A stretch of DNA of 58,924 bases, the filler included, from Candidatus Hydrogenedentota bacterium (GTDB taxonomy: Bacteria; JBFMHD01), in assembly GCA_040752395.1 (NCBI GenBank). It is 4 parts of 4 records of this genome, joined end to end, with 100 filler letters (N's around TTAATTAATTAA, not from the genome) between each part and the next. Parts side by side here need not be neighbours in the genome. Positions count along the whole stretch, not along the records: positions 30,881 to 44,973 come from JBFMHD010000059.1; positions 45,074 to 58,924 come from JBFMHD010000060.1; 2 more parts are not named here. One strand, written 5' to 3'. The position numbers were made by a program, and so were the translations under genes. The first letter of the stretch is position 1, and every line of letters begins with the position of its first letter. Below are positions 37,620-47,153 of this stretch, piece by piece. Below the pieces are notes generated by a model. It saw only the letters and a program-made list of their open reading frames with translations. It was not told the origin of the DNA and ran no database searches.

Positions 37620-37841
37620 ATGGATAGCCAACTTGAAATAAAAGACATAACAAGGTTATATAAAGATGAATGGGTTTTACTTATATCTCCTAAGGTGGAG
37701 AAGGCAAAGATAAAAGAAGGGAAAGTAGTATTTCATAGCAAAGATCGAGGTGAAGTTCATAGAAAGCTACAAAGCTTCAAAGGGAATAAAGCATTAGTCT
37801 ACACAGGCAAAGTTCCTGAAAATGTAGAGGTAATTTTATGA
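37620..37841 (+). CDS. Small DUF5678-like protein
   Basis: YKDEWVLL...KVVFHSKDR; ATGA overlap with protease. Confidence 0.65.
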   Translation: MDSQLEIKDITRLYKDEWVLLISPKVEKAKIKEGKVVFHSKDRGEVHRKLQSFKGNKALVYTGKVPENVEVIL

Positions 37842-38239
37842 CAACTATCGAATTTGATGCTACAAAGAAACTTATATTTTTAGATGCTGGTATTATTTCT
37901 ATAGATGGTTCGGAGATATTCTATGTGCCAGTAGTTATGGATACAGGCGCAACAGTTACTATTTTGTCTCCTGACCTTCTTGTAAATTTGGGATATGATC
38001 CAGCGTCTCCCAATTTACCTAGAATAAGAATGATAACCGGAAGTGGAGTAGAATATGCTCCTTGTCTGATTGTTTCGGGACTGGTTGTTGGAGAAGAAAG
38101 GGTGAATAATATTGAGATTTTATGTCATGATCTGCCAGTGGAAGCAGGCATCGATGGTCTGCTTGGAATGAACTTTCTTAATAAGTTTGATGTTATTGTA
38201 GAACACAGTTCAAGTCAATTTCACCTTAAGCCAATATAA
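37838..38239 (+). CDS. Retropepsin-like (clan AA) aspartyl protease
   Basis: MDTGAT catalytic motif, DGLLGMNFL. Confidence 0.88.
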   Translation: MTTIEFDATKKLIFLDAGIISIDGSEIFYVPVVMDTGATVTILSPDLLVNLGYDPASPNLPRIRMITGSGVEYAPCLIVSGLVVGEERVNNIEILCHDLPVEAGIDGLLGMNFLNKFDVIVEHSSSQFHLKPI

Positions 38240-38245
38240 TCATAG

Positions 38246-38327
38246 GCAGTGATTATCGTTATGCAAAATATTTAATAGCTAATATTGCAAGAATAATATA
38301 CGAGGAATCAGTACCGAAATCTGTCTA
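38246..38327 (+). repeat. Direct repeat 1b
   Basis: Identical to 37358-37439. Confidence 0.97.
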
Positions 38328-38351
38328 TAAAAAGACACTTCATTAGCTTCT

Positions 38352-39962
38352 TCATTCCTCTATTCCACAGAGTTCTACGTTGCCCTCTTCCATAACTAAT
38401 TTGATTTTCTCTTTTTTTAAAATATTATGTATCATATTTAATCTCTCTTCTGTTAAAGCTGTTCGATGAATTACTATATATTTTATATCTTTCTTTTTTA
38501 AAATATCAAGCCATTCGTTTTCTTTAAAATTTAATAAACAAAAATATTCGTTTTCATAATCTTTTGGTATAAATCCTGAATATCCATTATACAACCCCAT
38601 CCAGTGGAACGAACTAAAATAAAGATAATAACCAGAATAAATTGAGTGTAATGGTAGCATTATTACCCCTGTATTTTTAGAGAGATTAGAAAGAAAGTAA
38701 TTTATTTTACTTTTCTCTGTTAAAAGTGGTATTTGCTGAGTATTAATCTTGATATAGGGGAATATCATAAACTGAACTATTAAGATAATTGTAACAATTA
38801 TCCTTCTGTATTTTAATTCTAATATTTTATTGAGCATAATCCCTGATAATATACTCATCAAAAATACAGCCAATACATAAGCTCTCCATACAGCACGCAT
38901 CCTTTTTAATGGTTCGAAATATTTATAGAAAAATATATAGGGACCATTCGTACCAAAAGAAACCACTATATAAAATATTAATAAAGAAGAAATTAATATC
39001 CCATAATGTTTATCAGTTTTAAAAGAAAGGTACAGCCCTGCAATACTTAATAGAATCAGAATAAACCCTGGAAATAGATGAAGTGGCCGTGGATATAAAA
39101 GTTCTCCATCGCTAAAGTTTTTTTTGTACGAGGATAAATATTGCGTAAAATTTAATGAATCATTAGCAACTTCTTGTATGCTCCGTTCCATATTATGCTC
39201 TTCCATCACTTTGGAATAGAGTTTATATACCGGATAATTAAGTACAAAAGTCAGAATAAGTGATAATAAATAATGATGAGCAGCCGGCCGCTTAAATAAA
39301 AAAATGATTAAAAAGATAAGGTAGCCAAAAATTAAAAATATAAAATAATACCCGGCCTGTATATATTGACAGAAAAGTATCACATTCGAATAAATCAACC
39401 ACCTGAGTTTTAATGTATCATTATATCTGAACAAACACAGAAAGAATAAACTTATAAACCCGGTGAATATCAACTGCGGTGAAGCAAAAAAATTATATCT
39501 GACAGGCGTTAATAAAAATAATAAGCTCACAATAAGAGATGTAGTAGGATTTCTAAAAAGATATTTTGCAAGAATATAGTGAAATACACCTGAGACTACT
39601 AAAGAAAGAAACAATATAAAATTATACGTCAAAACATCAGACCATTTAAATAGTTTAATAAGGATAGCAGCTATAAACCCGTTAAAAAATTCTATATCAG
39701 AAAATAATAAAGTATGTTTATTTGGATAAAAATTATTGGTATTTAATAGATTAAAAGGATTATGAAACAATGTTTTAGCATACCATTTATACAGCCAGAG
39801 ATGTAAAAAGTGGTCGCCTGTCTTAAGATATATTACGGAATGAAAGAAAGATGGGAGAACCCAATAAAAATAAAGAAAAATTAAAAGAGAAAAAAATAAA
39901 ATAACCAGAAAATATTCTAAAAATACTTTTTTATTGATTTCTTTATCTAAGAGGTGACTCAT
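38352..39962 (-). CDS. Multi-pass membrane protein, GT-C / YfhO-like glycosyltransferase
   Basis: GDH...W, FYP...LLFSD, many TMs, MRAVWRA, NGYSGFIP. Confidence 0.7.
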   Translation of the reverse strand: MSHLLDKEINKKVFLEYFLVILFFSLLIFLYFYWVLPSFFHSVIYLKTGDHFLHLWLYKWYAKTLFHNPFNLLNTNNFYPNKHTLLFSDIEFFNGFIAAILIKLFKWSDVLTYNFILFLSLVVSGVFHYILAKYLFRNPTTSLIVSLLFLLTPVRYNFFASPQLIFTGFISLFFLCLFRYNDTLKLRWLIYSNVILFCQYIQAGYYFIFLIFGYLIFLIIFLFKRPAAHHYLLSLILTFVLNYPVYKLYSKVMEEHNMERSIQEVANDSLNFTQYLSSYKKNFSDGELLYPRPLHLFPGFILILLSIAGLYLSFKTDKHYGILISSLLIFYIVVSFGTNGPYIFFYKYFEPLKRMRAVWRAYVLAVFLMSILSGIMLNKILELKYRRIIVTIILIVQFMIFPYIKINTQQIPLLTEKSKINYFLSNLSKNTGVIMLPLHSIYSGYYLYFSSFHWMGLYNGYSGFIPKDYENEYFCLLNFKENEWLDILKKKDIKYIVIHRTALTEERLNMIHNILKKEKIKLVMEEGNVELCGIEE

Positions 39963-39994
39963 TTTTCAATAAGTATAGTTTCTACAATATCACC
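39952..39994 (-). repeat. Direct repeat 2a (43 bp)
   Basis: 42/43 identical to 40723-40765. Confidence 0.95.
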
Positions 39995-40028
39995 CTGCAC
40001 GTCATCAAGTATCAGAATTCCCATGGTT

Positions 40029-40271
40029 TTATAATTCCGTTTCTAATAATATATTTACTATTTCGGTGATTACTTTTTGAATATATGGCATATCCGATGC
40101 AACAACTTTATCTTTAATATGAAGTTCACTATTATCCCTGAAAACAATTTTCCCTTTTATTCTGAATATTATTCCGCCACGATCTTCTATTTCAAGTTTA
40201 CTGGTTAATCTATATGGTGCTTCATTGATACAATTTTCAAAATCTGTTAAATAGTCTTTTATCCCCGGCAT
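40029..40271 (-). pseudogene. DUF6516/TumE-like toxin with apparent in-frame internal deletion
   Basis: N-terminal IKGKIVFRDNSEL joined directly to C-terminal HIKDKVVASDMP...VITEI; RYDN..HH/PHHKH core absent. Confidence 0.55.
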
Positions 40272-40558
40272 ATTTCAATACTTGAAATCGCTTTAAGTTT
40301 CCGTTCTATTTCTTTTGCAGCCTTGCATTCGGCAAACCAATCAAAAGTCTCTTCTGTTTCTTCAATCTCGCCTTTTTTAAGTTTCTTAATAAAATCATTC
40401 GATTTAATCTTAAACTTTTTTTCGAACTGTTTTATAATTTTTGCCGTTTTCTTATACGCGTACCTGAGTTTCCTCTTTTCTTCATCAAGACTCTCAGCAA
40501 CAAATCCCTTCACAAATTCAAAGTCATCAGTGATACTTCTTATTTTAAAACTAATCAT
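40259..40558 (-). CDS. Putative antitoxin (TumA-like)
   Basis: FEKKFKIKSNDF...GEI...FDW pattern; overlaps the toxin-like gene. Confidence 0.6.
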   Translation of the reverse strand: MISFKIRSITDDFEFVKGFVAESLDEEKRKLRYAYKKTAKIIKQFEKKFKIKSNDFIKKLKKGEIEETEETFDWFAECKAAKEIERKLKAISSIEICRG

Positions 40559-40722
40559 TTTATATCGCCCCCTGTTAATTTTTTAATTTATTAAGTATTG
40601 CCTTAATTTTGTCAATCATAATGTTTTCTGACTATGTATCATTACTGATTTCTATTCAAAAAACTCTATAATGGTCTTCTCTTTTAAGATATATTAGAGA
40701 ATGAAAAAAAGAAAGGGACACC

Positions 40723-40765
40723 AGGTGACTCATTTCTCAATAAGTATAGTTTCTACAATATCACC
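40723..40765 (-). repeat. Direct repeat 2b (3' end of moeA)
   Basis: 42/43 identical to 39952-39994. Confidence 0.95.
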
Positions 40766-41953
40766 TTTTTTGAAAATACTATCCCCTTCTGGTATCACAG
40801 CAAACCCATGCGCAGAAACCATAGATTTTATTCTTCCTGACCCTTGTGCTCCGGTCTGATATGCTTGTGGAATATTATTATCCCAGCTAAGTCTTACCCT
40901 TAATAAATTAACCCTATCACGCGTGGTTTTAAAATCAAATCCGAGTCGAGAAAATATAACTTTGGGTAAAACATCCTTTATACCAAGCATCTTTTTCATC
41001 GCAGGCCTTACAAAAATTTCAAAAGAAACCATACAAGAGGCTTGATTGCCCGGTAACCCAAAGACCGGTATCCTGTTATCCAGCACACCAAATGTGAATG
41101 GTTTACCCGGCTTCATATTAACCCCTGAGAAAAGAACCTTTATCCCTGCCTTATTAAAAGCATCTTTAACAAAATCATAATCTCCAATAGATACCCCACC
41201 AGTAGTTATTATACCATCAAAATCAGTTAACCTTTTTAAAACTCTATTTAATTGTTTTATATCATCCTTTACAATCCCGAAATCAAAAGCACTACCCAAA
41301 GAAGAGATAACAAGTGAAGATATAGAATAACTATTCGAGTTTCTTACACAAAAATTGGGTAGTGGAAAAATACTAACAGGTACAACCTCATCACCAGTTG
41401 ATATAATAGCGATTTTTGGTCTTTTTTTAACTCTTACTTTATCAATGCCGCAGCAAGCTAAAAGCCCAATAAAAGGGGCATCTAAAACCTCACCCTTTTC
41501 AATAATCTTTTGACCTTTTCTGATATCCTCACCTTTGAGTCTTATATTTTCGCCTCTTTTTGGTTTATATTTTATCTTCACTCTATCTCCACTAACCTCT
41601 GTATATTCTTTCATTACCACAGCATCTGCACCCGGGGGTAGCATCGCACCTGTCATTATTCTAACTGTTTCGCCGATTCTAATACGCCTGAAGTAAAGTG
41701 ATGATTGTCCAGCTTGTATCGTTGCGACAATCTTTAACTCAATATATGCCTTTTTATAGAAATCTTTAAAATCACTGCACCTAACAGCAAAACCATCCAT
41801 AGCAGAATTATTATACGCTGGCAGGTCTTCTCTGCAAATAAGGGTCTCACTTATAACCCTTTTGTATGCTTCTTTTAAAAAGACGAGCTCTGTCTCTTTT
41901 AATTCATTAATACTATTTAAAATTATTTTGCGTGCCCTATCTATCGTAATCAT
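40730..41953 (-). CDS. moeA: Molybdopterin molybdotransferase MoeA
   Basis: SAMDGFA, IMTGAMLP, STGDE, TGGVSIGDYD, MKPGKP, GLPGN. Confidence 0.95.
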   Translation of the reverse strand: MITIDRARKIILNSINELKETELVFLKEAYKRVISETLICREDLPAYNNSAMDGFAVRCSDFKDFYKKAYIELKIVATIQAGQSSLYFRRIRIGETVRIMTGAMLPPGADAVVMKEYTEVSGDRVKIKYKPKRGENIRLKGEDIRKGQKIIEKGEVLDAPFIGLLACCGIDKVRVKKRPKIAIISTGDEVVPVSIFPLPNFCVRNSNSYSISSLVISSLGSAFDFGIVKDDIKQLNRVLKRLTDFDGIITTGGVSIGDYDFVKDAFNKAGIKVLFSGVNMKPGKPFTFGVLDNRIPVFGLPGNQASCMVSFEIFVRPAMKKMLGIKDVLPKVIFSRLGFDFKTTRDRVNLLRVRLSWDNNIPQAYQTGAQGSGRIKSMVSAHGFAVIPEGDSIFKKGDIVETILIEK

Positions 41954-42290
41954 TCTTTAATGTTGTAGTGCTCCCTGTTTGTCGAGACATTTTTTAGTAA
42001 ATTTTCGGCACATTTTGACCTGACCATTCTAAAAACAATTCATCCTGACATTATTCCGGCTGACATCCTGTCAGTCTCTCTTCCTTCTCCAACTTCCTAC
42101 CAAAACACCATCTCCCACCCCAAAACAATTTTACGCTGCTAACTCTTCACACCTCTCATAAATTAATTGCTCAAACTCAACTTTTACTACCAAATTTTCG
42201 TCCTCTGCTTTCTTTTTGGAGCCCCGCAATTCATTTGAACTGTTTTTATCAGCATCCATCTTTTTGATACACTTTAATTTTTCTACCATT

Positions 42291-42384
42291 AGGCACAGAG
42301 TATCAAAGACACACACAAGAAAAAACTTTGTGCCTTTGTGCCTCTTTTCCTCCCCTTTAAAGTGTCTCACGTTTCAGGGGAGCA
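42291..42384 (+). repeat. Repeat modules (ggcacaa/ttgtgcc heptamers + segment shared with 27225-27262)
   Basis: ctttgtgcctttgtgcctcttttcctcccctttaaagtgtctcacgtttcaggggag. Confidence 0.8.
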
Positions 42385-42402
42385 GTATAATGCCTTCTTA
42401 TC

Positions 42403-43029
42403 TCAAGTGTCCGTATCTCGATGCTGAATCTTTATAATAGTTTCTGCTGCAAAAAGTCTTCTTAAATTATTAATCATTATAAAGATGTTTTTCCCCCTGT
42501 ATTTAATGATAAAAATAGATAATACAATAGAAATAGCAGTAATTAAGAGACTTATAACAGGTGATATACATAGAAGAGATACGTTAATCATAACAAATAA
42601 TATCTCAAGTATGCTAAAGATCCAGTTTTTAAAACAATGAGGTGATAGATTTATACTTGAACGAATACTTAATTTAGTAAAAAGGCTGGTCAGAGTTATT
42701 ATCATTGCTATAAAATATACAATAAATTTAAAAGCAAAAATCTTATGTGGATACGCAAGGTAAAAAATTAATACAGAGATAGCGGGTCTGATTGGTATGT
42801 GAAATATTTCCCAGATAACATCAACCCATGGGTTTTTATCCACGATAAATTCAACCAGAAACAAGACAATCATAAATAAAAAGATGATGGGCGAAAACGC
42901 AATGAAACCTCCCACACTCAGCCATCCCTTGATCACAACTACAAATAAAAGAATAAAAGTGATATAAGAATTGATGCCTGTTATAAAAGGTACAACTATA
43001 ATAAAAGATAGGTTTAATAAAGCATTCAT
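42403..43029 (-). CDS. DUF4126-like membrane protein
   Basis: GINSY, VEFIVDKNPWVD, HIPIRP. Confidence 0.75.
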   Translation of the reverse strand: MNALLNLSFIIVVPFITGINSYITFILLFVVVIKGWLSVGGFIAFSPIIFLFMIVLFLVEFIVDKNPWVDVIWEIFHIPIRPAISVLIFYLAYPHKIFAFKFIVYFIAMIITLTSLFTKLSIRSSINLSPHCFKNWIFSILEILFVMINVSLLCISPVISLLITAISIVLSIFIIKYRGKNIFIMINNLRRLFAAETIIKIQHRDTDT

Positions 43030-44973
43030 CTGTCTTGTTTGTCTGTTCTACCCTGGTATAAAATAGTTTTAATAATATTTTCTAATTTTGCATCTTTATT
43101 TTCACTTAATTTCAGTGCTTTTTCAAGATAAATTATACCCTCTCTATCCCCTGACTTAAGTAACGAAATCCCGGTATGATATAAATAATGTGGGTCCAGT
43201 GGGTTCAAAACAGATGCTTTTACAAAATAAACCTTAGCTTCTGCAAACTTATTTCTAATGAAGTTTATCATACCTAACCTGTAATAAGTTTTATGGTCAG
43301 ATATATTCATTTTTATAATTTCAGAATATAATCTTTCACTTTCTTCTAATCTGTTCATATAAAATAAAGTTTCAGCGATCTCATTGAGCACATTTTCGCT
43401 TGTTGTAAATCTAAGAGCCTCTATTAAGTGATTGATAAATAAAATATCATTCTTCTCCTGTGCATATTTCAGGACAAGCGAGATATTTTCAGGATACATA
43501 TAATTTTTCTTTAATAATTTCAAGCAGATTTCTTTTATGCCCTGATAATTACCTTGATTCCAGTATATCTTTAAAACCGTATCAATGGTGGTTTTATCAG
43601 GTTTTACTCTGAACAAAGCTTTTTTGAATAATTGTGTCCCATATTCTTGTTGGATGCCTTTATAAACAGAAGCAGCAACATTAAGATAAGGTTCTAAAGC
43701 TCCGGAACGTAATCTGTGCGAGATATAATACCATTTAGAAGCTTCAAAATATCTCTCTGTTGTAAAAAAAACTTCACCAAGATGATAAATAGCATTAACA
43801 AAATATGGGTCTATCTTCCTTACTTTATGATAAACTTCCACTGCTTCTTGTATGTTTTTATTGTCTTCATAAATCAAGCCTTTTTGAAAAATAGTAAATG
43901 AGTCATCATCTTTTAATGCGGTTGAGTTACTGTAATATGTTAAAGCCTCGTTCTTCTCACCTCTATCTCTTAATGAATCAGCTATCTTTATATAAGAAGT
44001 AGCAATGAATTGTTTTGTAAATGTGAAGAATAATAATATAGATAAAACAATAAGAATTAAGATTCGCATGTTATTCTTATAGCCTTTGTCTTTCAAAGTG
44101 CAGGAATTGATTGATACTGGTGAACTTGCAAGAAGTCCCAGGATATAAAAGAACATCCATCTGGAAACAGGAACCCTGAAATTAAAATTAAAAAAAGAAT
44201 CGACAAGCGAGGCAATCACCCCAACAATAAGAAAATAAAAAATACCGCCATTATACCTTGCTAATTTTATCCCTTTATAAAAATAACTTAAAATAAACAC
44301 ATAAAATATCGCTGAAGCAAAAAAACCAAACTCGCAAAAGTTCTGCAGATGGTCATTGTGGGCTCTAACAACCGTGATAATACCAAGAAAATCTATGTCT
44401 TTTTCAGCCCAGATGTCCCTGTAATACCTGTAATGTAAAAAGAAATTAGCACCACCTACACCAGTTAAAAAATTATCCCTGAAAATATCAAGCCCATCTT
44501 TCATTAACCTCAACCGAACCTGTATGTTAAAATCTGATCTCACCCTTGTTATAAAACGCTCATACTTTATAATCGAAAACAAAATCAAAGTAATAACAAG
44601 TAAAATCATCAAAATACCAAAATATCTTCTTTTTAGATTATTAAAAACAAAGATAAGAAGTGAGATGGCTGTCCCGATACCAATACCAAGAATAGCACCC
44701 CTTGTTGAAGCTAATTTTAAAGCATATAACGTGATAAGCATAGCTGTTAAAGAAAGTATTCTAATAATAAAAATTCTCTCTTTCATAACAAGGAATAAAG
44801 CCATAGGTAAAGCAAGTTCAAGATAATGAGATAAAACATTCGGGTTTCCAAGCCCTGATTGTACAGTATATCCAAATAATGGTATATTCTTTGTCTTTAA
44901 TATATGAAATCCAGCATTAATAGAGGCTGCTAACACAAAAATAAAAAGAAGATATTTATCTCTTGCCTCTTTT
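43026..44973 (-). CDS. O-antigen ligase (Wzy_C) family protein with C-terminal TPRs, 5' truncated
   Basis: GNPN, STRG, GVGGANF, RAHNDHLQ; TPR helices; frame open to contig edge. Confidence 0.85.
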
Positions 44974-45073
44974 NNNNNNNNNNNNNNNNNNNNNNNNNNN
45001 NNNNNNNNNNNNNNNNNTTAATTAATTAANNNNNNNNNNNNNNNNNNNNNNNNNNNNNNNNNNNNNNNNNNNN
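44974..45073. other. Artificial contig linker
   Basis: N44-TTAATTAATTAA-N44. Confidence 0.98.
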
Positions 45074-45074
45074 A

Positions 45075-46385
45075 GGACCAACAGTAACACAATTCGAAGT
45101 ACAGGTAACACCAGGAACAAAATTAAGCAACCTCACTGCACGCTCAGGCGAGATTGCTTATGCTATGGCTTGCTCGAGTGTTAGGATTGAAGCGCCTATC
45201 CCTGGTAAAACCGCTATTGGTATAGAGATACCCAATAAAGAAAAAATTACGGTAAATTTAAGAGAGCTTATTGATAAAGATGAGTTCAGAAAGAATGAGG
45301 GTAAATTATTTTTTACCCTGGGAAAAAGTATAAATGGGATACCACAGTATGCAAATTTAGAACAGATGCCGCATTTATTAATAGCCGGTGCAACTGGTAG
45401 CGGTAAGAGTGTATGTATTCATACTATAATAATGTCTATACTATATCGTGCGCGACCGGATGAGGTGAAGATGGTGTTGATTGATCCTAAGATGGTTGAA
45501 CTTAAAATTTATAATGGGATACCGCATCTTGTGCATCCAGTAGTAACTGACCCGCGTAAAGCAGCCCGCGCATTAAAATGGGCGGTTAATGAAATGGATA
45601 GTAGATACAGACTTTTTGCTGAGGTCGGTGCACGAGATATAAGAAGTTATAATTTAATGGAGAAACCAAAAACAATTAGACGAATTGATGGTACGGAGCT
45701 GGATGTACGCTCAAAACTACCATATATAGTTGTTATTGTTGACGAACTCGCTGATTTAATGGTTGTGTCGAGCAAAGATTGTGAAGATGCTGTGATGAGA
45801 CTCTCGCAGATGGCACGTGCTGTCGGCATCCATCTTGTGCTTGCTACACAGAGACCGAGTGTCGATGTTGTCACAGGTGTGATTAAAGCAAATCTGCCTT
45901 ATAGAATAGCATTCTCTGTATTATCAAAAGTTGATTCAAGAACAATACTTGATAGAGATGGCGCTGATAAGCTTCTGGGGCTAGGTGATATGCTGTATCT
46001 TGCAGGCGATAGACCACAAGCTATAAGAATTCAGGGCGCATACATCTCGCCACAGGAAGTGCAACGTATTATAGATTTTATAACTGACCAGGGGTTCGGT
46101 CAAACCACAGAGGATATATTTGTTTCAAAACTTACAGACCCAAATGAGAACGTTGTCTTAGATGATGATTTAGGTGATGATGAAGAATTATTTGAGGATG
46201 CGTTTGCTCTCTGTAAACAGGCAGGTTATGCATCTACCTCGCTTATACAACGTAGATTGCGGATAGGGTATAATCGGGCTGCAAGGTTAGTTGATATAAT
46301 GGAAGCAAGGGGGCTTATAGGCCCAGCTGATGGCGCAAGACCAAGAAAAATTCTTATTTCCTCTGAGAAAGAGACGAATTTTTGA
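45075..46385 (+). CDS. ftsK: DNA translocase FtsK/SpoIIIE, 5' truncated
   Basis: GPTVTQFE, PHLLIAGATGSGKS, VDELADLM, LATQRPSVDV, QRRLRIGYNRAARL. Confidence 0.96.
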   Translation, partial: GPTVTQFEVQVTPGTKLSNLTARSGEIAYAMACSSVRIEAPIPGKTAIGIEIPNKEKITVNLRELIDKDEFRKNEGKLFFTLGKSINGIPQYANLEQMPHLLIAGATGSGKSVCIHTIIMSILYRARPDEVKMVLIDPKMVELKIYNGIPHLVHPVVTDPRKAARALKWAVNEMDSRYRLFAEVGARDIRSYNLMEKPKTIRRIDGTELDVRSKLPYIVVIVDELADLMVVSSKDCEDAVMRLSQMARAVGIHLVLATQRPSVDVVTGVIKANLPYRIAFSVLSKVDSRTILDRDGADKLLGLGDMLYLAGDRPQAIRIQGAYISPQEVQRIIDFITDQGFGQTTEDIFVSKLTDPNENVVLDDDLGDDEELFEDAFALCKQAGYASTSLIQRRLRIGYNRAARLVDIMEARGLIGPADGARPRKILISSEKETNF

Positions 46386-46628
46386 TCAAAACATATCTAT
46401 CATAGCTATATCAGTGGATTCAACACGCGTGAAAAGCAGACTGTATCACATTGAAAGCCTTTTTGTTGGTCATAATTAGTCGAAGTATCAGAAAAACGGC
46501 GAAAACCGGGACGGTGCAAATTTATTTGTCTTTTGAAAACCAGTGTCTAAATTACAGAACCATGATACAAATATCTTGACTGAATAGGTCAAGAGAGATA
46601 CCATTACTTTTAATTGGAGATGATTAAC

Positions 46629-47153
46629 TTGAGTAAAGCTATATATCCTGGAAGTTTTGATCCGCCAACATTGGGACACCTCGATATAATTTACAGAGCA
46701 AGCAGGATATTTGGTAGTTTAGTAATCGGTGTTGTCGAAAATCCAGCGAAGAACGCTTTGTTTTCTTTAGAAGAAAGGGTTTCCTTGATAAAGAAAGAGG
46801 TTAAATCTTTAAAAAATGTAAGTGTTTGCAGTTTCAATGGTTTACTTGTAGATTTTGTAAGAAAAAAAGGATGTAATGTAGTAATAAGAGGGTTGAGATT
46901 TGTTTCTGATTTTGAAGCAGAGTTCCAGATGACTCTGATGAATAAAAAATTATATCCACAACTTGAAACTGTCTTTATTTTTACTGATGAGAAATATTCG
47001 TATATCAGTTCAAGCCTTGTAAAAGAGGTGGCTTCATTTGGTGGTAATATAGATGAGTTTGTAAGTAAAAATGTTAAAAATGCGCTTGCTAAAAAAAGAA
47101 GATTGTTAATAGGAGAAAGAAGAGATGGGAGTCTTGGACGATATACTGAGTAA
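46629..47153 (+). CDS. coaD: Phosphopantetheine adenylyltransferase
   Basis: AIYPGSFDPPTLGHLDII, IRGLR, ISSSLVKE; TTG 46629 with GGAG SD (ATG 46620 alternative). Confidence 0.96.
   Translation: MSKAIYPGSFDPPTLGHLDIIYRASRIFGSLVIGVVENPAKNALFSLEERVSLIKKEVKSLKNVSVCSFNGLLVDFVRKKGCNVVIRGLRFVSDFEAEFQMTLMNKKLYPQLETVFIFTDEKYSYISSSLVKEVASFGGNIDEFVSKNVKNALAKKRRLLIGERRDGSLGRYTE

Larger units (their letters stand above)
37448..38245 (+). mobile_element. Inserted two-gene cassette A between 82-bp direct repeats; no recombinase
   Basis: Flanking exact duplication, own promoter, coupled gene pair. Confidence 0.7.
39995..40722 (-). mobile_element. Inserted two-gene cassette B between 43-bp direct repeats; no recombinase
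   Basis: Flanking duplication of the moeA stop / downstream start junction. Confidence 0.7.

Noticed and set aside
37492-37640. ~48-codon ORF downstream of the cassette A promoter
   Set aside because: No SD, no recognisable motif, overlaps the start of the DUF5678-like gene
41954-42370. ORF 42131-42370 and short frames upstream of moeA
   Set aside because: N-terminus is translated repeat DNA; remainder may be a decayed gene but is not identifiable
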